A stretch of 64,000 bases of DNA, from the NCBI RefSeq assembly GCF_009914755.1, contig NC_060926.1; one strand, given 5' to 3'. Below, piece after piece: positions 27,248-39,510 of the stretch (position 1 is its first letter; each line of letters starts with the position of its first letter). Below the pieces are notes generated by a model. The model made no database searches. It saw nothing but the letters and a program-made list of their open reading frames with translations, and had not been told where the DNA came from. The translations under genes and the position numbers were made by a program. The DNA is from the human T2T-CHM13v2.0 reference genome, Homo sapiens.

Positions 27248-29236
27248 AATACCAGGCAAATTATAAACAAATGAAAGCTTGTATATTGGCATACATAGTA
27301 GATAAAACAGACTTTAAGTATTTTGCAGAATAATAAAGGCTATTACCTAAAATTAAAAAGAAAATTCTCCAGGAAAATAGCATAGTCCTATGCCTTTTTT
27401 CCCCCCACAACATTATAGCTCCAAAACACACAAAACAAAAATTAAAATACAAGGAGAAATTGACAAATACACACCCACAGTGGAATATTTTAAGGTCTCT
27501 TTCTCAGAAATTGATATGTCAAAGAGATAAAAAAGTAATAAGCATATAGATAATTTGAACAATGCAATGAATATGATTAAGCTAATGGAAATATATGGAA
27601 CCTTATCCCAACCATTTGATTGTAAATATTGATTTTCAAGCACAAATAAAAGTAAAAAAAAATTACCTAGGCAACAAATCAAATCTCAGGAAATATCAGA
27701 GAACTGGTATCACATGGACTGTATTCTCTGACCAACATCAACCCAAAACACAGCCCAAAAGATCCCAGTCTTCTGGAAAATTTTTAATTTCCAAAATAAT
27801 TCATGAGTCAAAGAAGAATTCTAATGGAAAATTAAATTTTAAAGAAATGGTCAATAATAAACATTAAGCTTGGGTTATACCTGAAATTTTTTTTAAGAAA
27901 GAGAGGGAGAGGTCTGAAATGAATATCATAAAACATAGTTTTTAAAGCTGGATGCTATATATAAAAAATGCTATTATATTATTTTCTGTATACTTCAAAT
28001 AGTTTATAATTATTTTGAGTTTAAAAATGAAGTTACTTATTCTGCTTTATATAAAGGTTATTTGTATCTCAATCATTGGAGGAATGGGTAAGGATCTGTT
28101 TTGTATTTGTTTTCCATATGGGATAGACAGGAATTTAGACAAAATGCTTCTATCAGTGAACACAAGGCTTCACCCAATATGGGGCAACTGATTTTCCTTA
28201 CTCTCCAAGTCCCATTGTACTAGAGGCTAAAGGCGAGATATTCCCAGTCTGGCCTCCAGGGTCACCTTCAGGTCTGTCAAAAATACCTCCTGCTGGTGAC
28301 CAGAAAGGCTGCAAAGCCGGTCATTTTTAAAAAGAACATATTGCAGATCACCCACGTAGAAAATCAACCTTGGGGGCAAGCCTCATGGTTAACAACATTT
28401 ATATTGACCCCACTTAAAATATTTTATTACATACTTCTGATAAAAAAGCAACGTCTGCCTATGAGCTGGAGTTTTAGTAAACATCCTCCCTTTTTGAAGT
28501 GTGTCTTTAAAATAGTCATCCTAAGCAAAACTGAGAACTCCCTACCCTCTGTGACTCAAGTCTTAGGCAATCCTCAGATTCTCTTTCCCAGTTCTCCCAA
28601 TTAAGTCCTGGGTGATTCCTGCTATCAGAATTTTATGTCATTATTGTCAAACTTGAGTAATGTATACCCTGTTTTTGGAGGAAAAATATTCTTCTGAGCC
28701 CCTAATGTTGACGAATTACTTTCATTAGAATGTTACTTTAAAAATATATACAAATGTAAAACTAGATATAAACTCATTATGCTAAACAACTGTAATACCA
28801 AAACAAATTTACAAATTAGAAACAAAACTACCAAACCAATACAGTTCAAATTAACAAGATTAATTTAATGTGACAATTAGTATTGTTTTGCTAAAATTGT
28901 ATTGCAGTTAGAAACGATTGGCTTCCTGTTAGGTTCAGGCAATTGTAAGCACTTAGAGACGTATTGGAGGGCTGGGGAAAGGAAAAGTCAGGATATTTGC
29001 TCCCTCCCTTTTCTGGTTCTAGTCTAGCAAAGAAGCTCCTCCCTCCCTGATCCCACCTGGCTCCGGAAGGCAGCTTTTGCCATGGTTACTGACTGCATCC
29101 AGAAGCCCTGGTTTCCTGCCTCTGCTCATACTATCTCCTCCCCAGATGCCTCCTGGTACTGATCTGCTGCTGCCACTAACCTCTCTTTTGCCCCTCCATT
29201 CCCTGTTTGATTTCTTCCTCTCTTCCAATACCATTG

Positions 29237-29634
29237 TGATATGGTTTGGATTTGTGTCCCTGACCAAATTTCATGTCGAATTATAATCCCCAGTGTTGGA
29301 GGAGGGGCCTGGTGGGAGGTGTTTAGATCATGGGCGGGGTGGGGGCAGGGGGGATTTCCCCCTTGCTGTTCTCATGATAGTGAGTGAGTTCTCATGAGAT
29401 CTAGTTGTTTAAAGGTGTGCAACACCTCTCCCTGCTCTCTCTTCCTCCTGCTCCAGGCATGTAGGACGTGCCAGCTTCCCCTTTGCCTTCCGCCATGGTT
29501 GTAAGTTTCCTGAGGCCTCTCCAGTCATGTTATCTCTACAGCCTGCAGAACCATGAGCCAATCAAACCTCTTTTCTTTACAAATTACCCAGTCGCAGGTA
29601 ATTCTTTATAGCAATGCAAGAACAGACTAATACG
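29237..29634 (+). mobile_element. MSTA MaLR solo LTR
   Basis: tgatatggtttgg...gactaatacg with 5-bp TSD cattg. Confidence 0.9.
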
Positions 29635-32584
29635 CATTGTTTTTTACTAGTTTCCAATAATAAATTCCCTTTATTAAACCACTATTCTTATCATACTCTT
29701 TTCCTGACTGACCCCACGGATACACAGGTTATATGTAAGAGTGGAAAGAGATGGAGAGCAATCAGATTTCTTCCTTCATCCATGTGTATTTATGCCAATT
29801 GTTGTACTTTTAACTTCCCTCTTTTTTACACTTCAAAGTGCCAAGAATAAACCAAAAAGAGGAATCTCCCCAAAAGTGTATACATTTGTTTTATGTAGAA
29901 ACCATTTTTGTTCCCTAAATTTCCTGTGGCTCCATATGTCATCAGAAGGGATTCAACAGGAAAGCATCTGTATCACAAAGGGGAAGCACACCCAAACAAT
30001 GGATGAGTTCTGTCTGCAGATTCCAATTTGAGAAGTATGGCTGAGCAACCTTAGATATATCATCCCCAAAGCAACTAATAACTTAAAAGGGAAATCCGAA
30101 TATTCATTTCCCTTGAAAAAATGGTGAACGAATTGAGGTAACCAATTCTTTTTTTTTTTTCTTCCTAGAGCTCTTTTAACATTACACGATTTTTCAACAT
30201 TTTTCTTTACTGAGTTGCACCACCAGATAGACAAGGAAGAAGTTAATGTCCACACTTGAATATGAAAAAGGGAGAGAGGAATTTTAAATCAGGAAGTATG
30301 TCTTTAAAGGAACAGCATGAGAGTAAATAATTTATGATAGAACGACCAATATTTCTTCTATCAAATGCCAAGTTTCTTACTTTCTCTAATGGTAGCTTTT
30401 ACGTTATATAGGTACCAGCTCCTACTTTTATCAGTTCTCAAGGCCATGAATATTTAATGGGTTGGGAAAAGTATGGCTCCTCCTAAGAGTCTGAGAGAAA
30501 GAGAGCCAGCATGTTTAATGTTTATTACAGAAATTAACTGACGGCAGGACATTCCTTGCAGGTCTTCAAACCAGCAAAACACGGGAGGTTAAGTTGATGC
30601 CAGGCTCCACTCCAGACAATTAAGACAGGAATCTCTGGTGGAAATCTCTGGGGGTGGGTTTCAGGCATTAGAATTTTTAAAAATTTTCCCATGTTATTCT
30701 AACGAAGCCACTAGCCTCAGCCAAGCATTAAAACTTACCTTGGATACTACCTTTTTATTGGATTCCATTTTTTTCCTCATAAGAGTTTGTCCATTTCTCC
30801 CCCTCATTCTTTATTATTTTGAATGACATTGACATAAGTGATACTAGAGCTATAATCAACTTGAGATTTTGTTTTACCTGCCACTTGATAAAAGAAAACA
30901 GACAAGGAAAAATACGAGTCCTTTTAGGGGTAGGGGGTGGTGATTATAGTGATGCCTGCCAGAATCCTCAGATAGCTGAACTGTGTGACTTTCACCTCAA
31001 AAGTCACTATCAAGGGACCGTGTATTAAATCCACTGTCCATTGGTCATTCATTTTGTGTAGTCCTTTTTCTCAATATCTTCAGGCTGTTAGCACATGGTA
31101 TCAGACACAACCTGTCAATCCTCATCACGTTAGAAATGTCCCAGTTCACAGTTCTCCAGAGCCCATGGCTCTTATAGGGTTGAAATCTCAGCACTCATTA
31201 TAGCAACACCACATTGTATGTATATATCTCCCAAGACAAACACCTCACAAAGAATAAACAATGGCTTAGCCTGGGGATCCCCTAAACATGCTTGATAGTA
31301 CACCTAATAGAAGTTTAAATAAGGGTTTAACATTTTCCCCATGATCCAATGGATCATCTTGCACCTCCCCTGAGGTGCTCACACCTCACTCCAGAGACCA
31401 CTGAGCCAGTCTACTGGATAATGCTGCCTGACAAACAATTATTACTGTTGTGCTTTGAGTTGTCCCTGAATCTAAATATTAGAGCAGAAATTGTAAATGA
31501 GAGTCGTTCAACAATGCAAACAAGGTAAACAGAAAATTCTTCATCATCACCCATGAGTTACTTGATGAAAAATTCGAACGGAATTTTGTGTTAGTACCAA
31601 ACGTTTCCTGTTACCATCAGGGCTAGGACTCTAGGACTTCCCAGGCTCCAGTCCGATCCTCTGAACAATTTTACTCAAATCACTTTTTGAACTGTTTATA
31701 GCTATTTTCATCATTGTTTCAGTGGTCACTCTAAACCAAAAAACGACCTCTAGGTTTTCTTGCTCAAGTGCTACATTCTTCAAAAGAACGCACTAGTAAA
31801 GTTCTGGCCATAATTTCAAAGCAGATTTTCTCTCTACAATAAATAGGTGTGCTTAAAATATAAAATGTTCTCAGTGAGGCATCCTTTATGAAAAAATGCA
31901 GTATAGCAGGACTTAGGCAAGTGAATTGATTCTGAAAAACTAAAAAGAGGCACAGGAAAATTTCATCAAGGTCACTGAAAGGGGGGAAATGAGCTGAAAT
32001 GAGCAAGTACAGAGATTTGAGTCATGACAATTAAATAATCACAGAGTTTGATCCTGGTTTTGCAGCGGAGGAAACTAATCTGCCCAAGGTCATGCTCTAG
32101 TTTAATGGCAGAACGGAAAACATCCGCAGACTCCTAGCTCCCTGTCCCTTCTTTTGGTCTATAGTATAATTACTTCCTTAATTACTTATCTTCCATTCTC
32201 TTTTCTATCAGCCTTAGATAAGAAAGCCAAGACATTTCTTTGGTTGCCTTGTAAATCATCCTTACTTCACAAAGACTCATGCCTCCCCCTTGGGTGTTTC
32301 TTTTTCCTGTGGTCTTCCCATAGGAGAAGGCTCTGTATTCCCAACTGCAGGGTTCCTGTCTGCCTCGTTGGAGAGTCCTTTCATCACTGCAGTGCGTGGG
32401 CTGCCTGTCTCTAAAAATAAGATTCCATTTATTTGTTTGGTACAGGGAAAATCAATTATGGTACAGTTCTCACTGTGGAGATATTCTCAGACAATATTTT
32501 AACTGACTCCCAAGTTCTATTTTAAAAGCATCATAACCACACAAGCACAGAATTCTGGAGATTAATAAGTCTGCAGAGTTCATC

Positions 32585-32779
32585 CAATGTGGTTCCTTAC
32601 CATTTGGGGATCATAAAACCCTTTGAAAAATATGATGACAGCTACAGAAACTCTCCCCAGAAAAAAAATATACATACAAAGATATATATGAAGACATATA
32701 TACAAAATTCATACAAAAACATGCAATGTTGTTCACTGGCCAGGAGGCTAGTCCCTGGATCCCTGGGTTAAATAGCCCT
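32585..32779. mobile_element. MER117 (hAT-Charlie) relic
   Basis: gtggttcc...ccctttgaaaaatatgatgacagcta...ctctccccagaaaaa...ccctgggttaa. Confidence 0.65.
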
Positions 32780-32909
32780 TTGTTGACTGAGAAGGAACCT
32801 AAATCCCTACGAGGAAAATTAATTTACTGAGCACAGAGCTAGTTAGTGGAAGAAATAGTACTAGAACACAGGTCTCTTCTTCCCAGTCCAGAGGTACACT
32901 ATAGGATGA

Positions 32910-33038
32910 CAAAGGTGACCATGTCATTTATCATCTAAACCAGGACACTTTAGAAAATGAAAAGGTGGGCTATTGACAATTAAGACAACAGGTGTAAACT
33001 GAAACCCTTTGGGGCAAATCAGGACATACGGTCACTTC
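32910..33038. mobile_element. MER81 (hAT-Blackjack)
   Basis: ggtgaccat...tttatcatctaaaccaggacactt...ggacatacggtcac with TIRs. Confidence 0.8.
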
Positions 33039-33774
33039 AGTCACACTAAAAACAGATAACCTCTTAGACCTGACACTTCTTTGTGCCAGAAAGCCAAAAC
33101 CTCCCGAGAAAAAAATAAAATGTGAACTTGCAATACAACCTCTGAGTTTTATTCTACGTTGCTTTAAAGAGACCAAGCTTCTACCCTCTTGTCTGAGTTC
33201 TCATTAAATGCATATCACACATCTCATGAATATAACATACAAAGGAGATTATTATAACACTTTATAGCAACAGGATTTAAGTTCCCTTGAGACCTCCCAA
33301 GGGGCATCTCAATCAATTTTAGGTTTTATCAGCAACACGGTAGTGAACATCAGAACTTTCTCTTTGCTGCTGTTGGTAAAGTCAGTTTCACTCCAGAGGT
33401 TTGACCATTTCAGTCTGACTATGCAAAGAAAAGATAAGTAAAATTGATTCCATCGTAAAGAATCTCTCTAAAGGCCTAAATAATTCATATCAGTCTCAAC
33501 CTTCAGGCATTATCTCAAGCAGTAAGCATATTCCAAAAGGCCCCAAACTTCCAGTACTTTCCCTTGTCAAAGCCACACTCATGCCCTTCACTCATTGGCT
33601 GGCCTTTCCTCTAAAGGGTCAAGCGACTGTCTCCATGCATCATGTTCTTAGAATGTTATTATAATATCAAGACTTTAAAAGAGAGTCTGTTTCTCAGCTT
33701 AGTGATATTTAACTATCCTAGCAAAGCCTCCAGTTCTGAATTACATTACTGTGGTCTACTTTGGGGCCCCAGAT

Positions 33775-33952
33775 CAGCCACTCTCACTGGCTATGTGTTA
33801 AAATTACATAGTGAACTTTCAAAAAACTCTCGCACTTGGGTTCCACCCCTGGAGATTCTGATTCATTGGCTACAGATTGGGCCTGAGCATAATCATTTTT
33901 TCCAAAATTTTCCCAGGTGATTCTAACTTGCAGCCAGAGTTAAGAACTACTG
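33775..33952. mobile_element. MER5-type relic
   Basis: gagattctgattcattgg...tcccaggtgattctaacttgcagccagagttaagaactactg. Confidence 0.7.
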
Positions 33953-35345
33953 CCTTAAAGAAAACCCAGTGGGCATTCCATAGGTAGTATCTACTGGCTT
34001 TTTCCTTTTCCCTTAAAGCTAGGGGAATGCAATGGGACATGATCTAGCACATATTGGAGATGAGCTGGTGGGAAGGGGAAGAGAGCTTAAAGAGCTAACA
34101 TACAGTCCTAGTAGACAGTGGTCTAGTAAATAGGCACAGCTGTACACAAACCTTCTGCCTTGACCCAAGTGGGTCTTGGGCATTAACAGCAAAGATCCTC
34201 AGAAGAAATCTCCTTGGCACTCAGGTACAAGAAATATCACATGCCTTCATTTTCTAAATTAATATATAATTGGCTCACCCCACACGTGCCAGTTGGTGGA
34301 GAATCCAGCTACAATCATTTTTCCATACAACCCTTCTCTACTTTTGCCTATACTCCCTCAGCCATATCTACACATCATAAGCCTCAAGGATTATGTCACT
34401 CAAGAAAACGGAACAAAGGCCCCTTTTCTTCTTGCCCACTCCCATGTAATTGCTGTCATCTTGATGTTTATTCATAATGCCACTGGTGTGTGGCATTCTC
34501 CCCTAGAGAGAATTGCAACTCCATATTGATCCAGGAGACATCAGAAGGGCAGTGGCAAAGAACAGGCTGCTACTCTTTGCCTACTCTTTGCCTCCCTACT
34601 GAGGGAGAAAAGCCCTGCAAATTCTGGGGCACTTCCTTATAAAAGAGTTCTGTTTCCTGAGAACTCTTTCTCAGCAAAATCTCTTTCTCATCTTTCTGTT
34701 TCTAACAATAAGTACTTCCCCCAAAAGGCTGCACCTCCTCTTCTCTTCTTCCCACCATCACCATGAAATCTGTAATGATTCAGCTTGACTCCTTTCATGC
34801 ACCTTCTTAAACTATTTAAGTTACTATCTACTGTGAGTAGACACCACTATAGCTAATCCTTCTAAAGAAAGAATGTGCCAACAAAAAGGCAATGGCAACA
34901 TAGAAAACCCAGGTGCTAAGAAGCAAACTTAGCAATGTGTGTCCAACTAAGTTGGACATACAAAGATATATATGAAGACATATGTACAAAACTCATACAA
35001 AAATCTGCATGCAATATTGTTAACTGACCAGGAGGCCAGTACACCCAAAAAACAGAAATTCTGAGTCAGGGCACTGAGGCATGCTTGGCCTAGAGAGGTA
35101 TACTCAGCTGAGAGGCAAGAGTATTTCATAAGGTCTCCCCATGGTCTGGATGAAATCTTACTCCAGATAGTTTACTTACCAAGGAAGCTTAGGTATACTC
35201 ACCCGGCTTCCCAGGTATCTTGACATAGAGAAAGTAATGGTGGTGGTGGAAACCATCAGGAGCTGAGATGCACATACTCTGGCCTCTTGGAATGCATCCT
35301 GTCCTGTAAGTTAATAAAATAGTAGTCTGTTTTTCTATTAGTTGC

Positions 35346-35367
35346 ATGCAAATTTAATTATGCAAAT
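35346..35367 (+). promoter_or_regulatory. Tandem octamer (POU) motifs
   Basis: ATGCAAAT ttaatt ATGCAAAT; function not shown. Confidence 0.35.
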
Positions 35368-36312
35368 GTCTCTGCAAGTCTGATCTTTTCTATATATCCT
35401 CGTATTTTATTTTTGTGCTTGCAAGAATTAAGCTTAAACAACCTTGTGAGGACTTTTCATAGTCAACTATTTGGCCTTCCTTCCCCTGGAAGCACCTCCT
35501 CCCCTCCTCAGTGTCTGTAGGCTTTGTCCGCTTCTTAGAACTTGTGAGCAGATGAAGGGGACCCCTAACATGGCAACAACAACGACCTGGAAGTGGAGAG
35601 TGCAAAAAATGACAAATCTGCTTTTTACAGCAGAGGCACTCAGATGCTGGACCCTACAGTGTGCAATAACCATGGGGATCCTAGATACTTTGCATTGCAA
35701 CCATAGGAAGTCTCAATATGGTGTGTGTGTCCTCTAGTGCCTGGCACATGGCAGATGCTCCACATTATTGTATCTTGTGCACATTCTTTCCCTAAATGGG
35801 CATCCCAATATCTCAGGTTTAAAAACAGCCCAGCTATATCGATGTGCTACAATAACAATGGATAAATAGACCTAAATAAAATACTCATTCACAAATAGTG
35901 CCCGAGGCCTCAACCTTTTGCATTATATGGACAGGGGCCTGAGCTTACACTTAACTGGCAAAGGAAATTTGCTTGCAAAGCAATGTTTGACCCATTGAAC
36001 AAGGAGTGCCCCAGGCAGAAACTAAAATGCTATAATCCAGTTTTAGAGAACTGCTTAAGCCACGCAGGTCTTTGGACCTGAGGTTTAGCCCAGCTCTACG
36101 ACTGGCTGACCCGCTGTTCTCTACTATATTTGTTGCTTGATCTTTGACTTCACTTTTATAAGTAATGCAATCATTCTAACTCTAATTACTTAGAGCAAAT
36201 CATTGACTTTGGCCATCAATTTTTTTTACCAGCAAGTTTTTAAACTACAACATTTTTATTTTTGTATCTAAAGATTAAGGTAGACATTCTCTGCTATTGT
36301 GCTACTTTTTAA

Positions 36313-36468
36313 TTTTTTTAAGAGATAAGGTCTTGCTCTGTCATCCATGCTGGAGTGCGGTGGCATGATCATAGCTCATAGTAACCTAGAACTCCTAAAC
36401 TCAAGGGATCCTCCTGCCTTGGCTTCTCAAAGTGCTGGGATTATAGGAGTGAGCCACTGCACCTGGCC
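36313..36468 (-). mobile_element. FLAM/Alu monomer
   Basis: agagataaggtcttgctctgtc...caaagtgctgggattataggagtgagccactgcacctggcc. Confidence 0.85.
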
Positions 36469-37122
36469 AGAACTTTCTTTTTTAAATGAATTACTATGCA
36501 CAAGCCCTTTGCTATACATGTAATTTCAGGTAATCCTTTTGATATAGTATCTCATACTCCCATAAATCCTATGAGGACTCATTACTTCAATTTACAGCTG
36601 AAAAACGAAGAAACAAAGAAACGGAGGCTCCAGGACATTTGGGTACGGGGTCCATGAAAAACTAGGTGTCCATAGCGCCAAGCATATGCTTTGCTCCTTT
36701 GTGTGATGCAGAAAAATATAATTTTGTAGTCAAGATTCCCAAAGGGAACAAAAAAGTCACATTCACTTCACCTATTATAGTCCTTGAAGACAGAAACAAA
36801 TCAATTATCACCTCATTTCTGACAAAGAATCATAGAGTGTGTCTCTAGATATGTTGGTCTGATGCTGACTGATTTATGCTGTGTGGGATTGGGCAGGGCA
36901 CAAGCAAAAGGTACCATGACTCTGGGGAAGTGGTGGGTGGAGAAAGAAAGGGCACATTGCAAGATAGCTGATACGGAATATTCCGAAAAGTTGTGTTTCA
37001 GTTTCCTCTGAATTTGTCTCATTTTTTTCAGTAAGTATTCTTCCCTAACCTGTACTGTCTAAATGTCATAGGTAGAATTTGTTCAGCTATGAGGGTATCC
37101 CTTCTAGTAAAAGTTTGGAGAT

Positions 37123-38170
37123 GTGTTAGTTATCTAGAGCTGAAAAAAGAATCACCCCAAAATGAAATGTGTTAAAATAACATTTATTATTTCATGGTTT
37201 CTATAGACCAGGAATCCAGACATGGCTTAGCTGGGTTCCCTGCTTTAGGATCCAACAGGTTATAATTAAGATGTCAACCAGGGTCACAGTCATCTCAAGG
37301 CTCAACAGACAGGTAAGAACTCGCCTCCAAACTCACTCACATGGCTATCAGCAGGACGAAGTTCCTCACCAGCTGTTGGACTCAGGGTCTCTGCTCCTTG
37401 CTGGCTGTTGGCTGGAAGCTACCTCAGTTCCTTGCTATGTGGGGCTTTCTATAGGACAGCCCACAACCTGGCAGCTTGCTTCAGCAGAGCAAGAAAGCAG
37501 AGAGGACCAGAGAGAGTGTGACCAAGACAGAAGAAGTCACGGAAGATTTTTGAAACCTGTGATGGCTAATTTTGTGTGTCAGCTTACTTGGCCACCCAGA
37601 TATTTGGTTAAGCATTATGCTGGGTGTCTTTGTGAGGATGAAATGAACATTTAAATTGGTAGGCTGAGTAGAGCAGATTGCTCTCCTCAACATGGGTGGA
37701 CCTCATCCAGTCAGTTGAAAACCTGAATAGAAGAAAAGGACTGACCCTCACTCGACCAAGAAGGAACTCCTCCTGCCTGACTGCCTTTGAACTGGGATAT
37801 CAGCTGTTTCCTTCTTTTGGTCTCACACGGAAACACTGGCTGTTCCTGGGTCTCGAGCCTGCCAGCGTTTGGATGAAAGCTACACCATCAGCTTCTGGGT
37901 CTCCAGCTTGTAGACTCCACCTGCAGATCTTGGGGATCTTGAGACTTACTGACCTCTATAATTGCATGCTGTACATTACATGCTCTGTTTCTCTGGAAGA
38001 CGCTGACAAGTACCTAATCTAACCTTGGAGGGGACAGCCCATCACGTTTGCCATAGTCTGTTAGTTAGAAGTGAGTCACTTGGTCTAGTCAACACTCAAG
38101 GAGAGAGGAAGATGACACATGTTGTGGGGTACCAGGAGGCGTGGGGTACCATGTTAGAAACAGGCCTAGT
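37123..38170 (-). mobile_element. MLT1F-like MaLR LTR split by an MLT2 LTR
   Basis: tgttagttatct...ccaaactcactcacatggct...; resumes at cccatcacgtttgccatagtctgttagttagaagtgagtcact. Confidence 0.7.
37558..38013 (+). mobile_element. MLT2B-like ERVL solo LTR
   Basis: tgtgatggctaattttgtgtgtca...cctcatccagtcagttgaa...ctgtttctctgga. Confidence 0.8.
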
Positions 38171-39213
38171 GTAGTGCATCGCCTGCCAAGTTAGAATGAA
38201 GAATGGAGATAACTGGAGGTGTGTGGAGCCGGCAGCAGGAGAGGAAACAGGAGAGGAGTTTGCATGTGGCCTTGGAAGTTACCCAGGGAGGTCACCTTTT
38301 AGTGCTTTCTCTCTGGCTGGTTAGGGATTTGCAACCCAAACCTAGGGTTTCATAGTGAAACAAAAGCATGAACCATAATCAGCATCCAGATCTGGCACAC
38401 AGCAGAATTTGGCAAGTCTCAAAGCCTGTGGAGATCCAGGCACAGCAGAAAAAGCATAGATTTGGACTCAGAGGACCCAGATCAGAGCTCCACAGAGCCA
38501 CGCAATGAACTTGGCCAAGCTGTACGAGGACTCTGAGGTGGGGCTCTGTCTTCCCATCTGTGAAATGAGACTAATGGCACCTTCTTCACAGAAATGCTGG
38601 CAACATTAAATTAAATTCTCATTTCCTTAAAAGTGTTCCATTGAAAGCTAGTTCAGCAAAAATATGACTAGACAGAAAAGGATTACACTAACCATTCAAT
38701 GTGAGAAATTCTGGGTTAAAAGGTGAACCAATCCTCTTCCTACAGCGTCTGAGGGTCATTGAGAGGTACTGAGTATTCTGGGCCTGCAAAAGAAAGGCAG
38801 ATGAGTCAGTGTTAACCAAACAGATTTGGCTACCACACTTTCTCCAAGAGAATCTTATGTGACTTGTGTTAAATAATGAATTAAATAACACAGGTATAAA
38901 TGTTTACCCATGGAGCCTGGCAGATCACCCACATACAGTCAGTGTATGTTGACTCTGAATCAGATTATAACACAGTAGTCATGGCAGTAAGCCACAGTGA
39001 GATGACCGGGACCAAAATCACAGATGTCCTAGCATTTGGGTGATAGAATAAATCAATCTCCTGCTACTAGATGTGACTATCCTGTGGATAAATAGCGGGA
39101 CTACTAGGTTGGGCTTACTAGGTAGTGCTCTGATAGATTCTCTCTCTCTCTTTCTCTCTCTCTCTGTATATATACATATATATATGTTTTCATTGGCTGC
39201 ATGGAGCTTTAGT

Positions 39214-39510
39214 TTTTATTTTTATTTTTCAGAGACAGAGTCTCACTCTGTCATCCAGGCCGGAATGGAATGGTGCAATCATAGCTCACTGCAGCCTTGA
39301 TCTCCTGGGCTCACACAATCCTCCCACCTTAGCCTCCCAAGTAGCCAGGACTACAGGCACATGCCACTACACCTAGCTAATTTTTTTTTTATTTTTATAG
39401 AGACAGGAGCTCCATATGTTGCCCAGACTGGTCTCAAACTCCTGGGCTCAAGCAATCTTCCCGCCTCATCCTCCCAGAGTGCTGTGATTATAGATGTGAG
39501 CTGCGCCCAA
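39214..39510 (-). mobile_element. AluJ
   Basis: Both monomers with atcatagctcactgcagcc and aactcctgggctcaagc. Confidence 0.9.

Larger units (their letters stand above)
23340..27870 (+). mobile_element. Old degraded L1M (ORF1 into ORF2 endonuclease region), fragmented by later insertions
   Basis: aaagaaccaaatggaaatctg..., cagcagacttctcaaaagcaaca..., tttcaacctagaatcc..., caaggagaaattgacaaatac... Confidence 0.65.

Noticed and set aside
37271-38022. Two consecutive ORFs longer than 110 aa
   Set aside because: Both lie within MLT1/MLT2 LTR sequence with no recognisable domain.
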